From: Octopus sinensis
Lineage: Eukaryota
NCBI RefSeq assembly: GCF_006345805.1
Contig: NC_043019.1
Location: 22,257,360-22,321,359, forward strand
Length of the DNA: 64,000 bases
Reading direction: 5' to 3'
In this document: piece by piece, positions 63,096 through 64,000 of the stretch
How positions within the stretch are numbered: position 1 is the stretch's first letter
Layout: the number at the start of each line of letters is the position of its first letter
Position numbers and translations under genes: made by a program
The notes under the pieces: generated by a model
Database searches by the model: none
What the model was told of the DNA's origin: nothing
The model's input: the letters and a program-made list of their open reading frames with translations, nothing else

Positions 63096-63530
63096 ATAAT
63101 AATAATAATAATAATAAATGTGTACAGTGCTCAGGTGCACTACAACTCATCTAAAGTGTATATATAACCAGGTGTAGTTTCGTCAGATTTCGGAAAGCAT
63201 GAGGGCCTTAAAGGATGCAGTGTCATGGCAGTCAACAACTGATGCAGGCAGTTTATTCCATGCTTCAGCAACTCTGAGCGTGAAAAAATGTTTCCGAAAG
63301 TCATGGGAGCTGTGTTGTTTTCTGACTTTGTAGGCATGTCCACGTGTGTTAGACACATGGAGATCAAAAAGGTGTTCAGTGTTGTTGTTGGTGAGGTGGT
63401 TGATAACTTTGTGGGTGTTTACCAAGTCCGTCGCCAGACGCCGGAGCTTCAGTGAATCCATGCCCAGGGAAACAAGGCGCTCAGAATATGGTAGGTGTCT
63501 GACGGAGGGTATGCGTTGTGTCATTCTGTC
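63096..63530 (-). mobile_element. CR1-like LINE 3' end
   Basis: QRIPSVRHLPYSERLVSLGMDSLKLRRLATDL...NTRGHAYKV...RKHFFTLRVAEAWNKLP; 3' UTR gtagtgcacctgagcactgtaca followed by (ATT)n. Confidence 0.9.
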
Positions 63531-63605
63531 CTAGTTTCAGGTAGGTTTTTCAGTATCAACACACCTTGACATCTAAATCTATGAATATTATCTTTTCTGT
63601 TTCAG

Positions 63606-63736
63606 ATGATGTATGCACTGTAGCACAGGGAATTCCTAGGTTTACCAATCTGCTGCCAGACAATCGAAGCAATGTGGAGAATGCTTTTATTTATTCAACC
63701 AAAGACATACTTAGGATGTTACAAGACACTGTATGT
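63606..63736 (+). CDS. Gene 2 coding exon 3 (3' end at 63730 or 63736)
   Basis: Acceptor cttttctgtttcag, phase 1 continues the frame: DDVCTVAQGIPRFTNLLPDNRSNVENAFIYSTKDILRMLQDT(VC). Two in-frame donors, GTATGT at 63731 and GTAAGT at 63737. Confidence 0.78.
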
Positions 63737-64000
63737 GTAAGTAAAAACTAATAAACAGCAGCAGCAGTCACATCTCATGATGAACTTAACAGGAAAGTAC
63801 TCGGGTCTTCGAGGGAGGATGACCTCCCTTTGCAAGTAACACAAGGACACTGAGATAGTGTCTAAAGTCCTTTTGGTGACGTTGATCGCCTGGGGCTAAA
63901 AGCATCAGTAACACCCCACCCACCCCCAGTGGCTAGCTACATTCAGATGGCTGATACATCTTATGCTTTATGTGATTGCTTCCTCTAAAAGAAATAACAG

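Overview
AT-rich, microsatellite- and SINE-dense animal DNA. The repeat content (tRNA-derived CORE/Meta/V-type SINEs, RTE, CR1 and R4-Dong LINE ends) points to an octopod cephalopod; this is an inference from the repeats. Two spliced genes can be assembled by hand, both on +. (1) A complete 6-exon PAQR3 orthologue, CDS 955-31551, 1071 nt, 356 aa. (2) The first three coding exons of a signal-peptide protein resembling metazoan LolA/ependymin-fold proteins (57468-63736, continuing past the window). Almost all long ORFs in the supplied track are microsatellite artefacts. The most unusual signals are RNA-structural: a TATA+Inr promoter inside PAQR3 intron 3 driving a candidate type III hammerhead ribozyme, four different minimal type I hammerhead motifs of Penelope-like character sitting in (TA)n tracts, several long fold-back hairpins, and inverted SINE pairs bracketing PAQR3 exons. 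No prokaryotic features, CRISPR arrays or true tRNA/rRNA genes were seen. Repeat boundaries are approximate unless a TSD or TIR is quoted.
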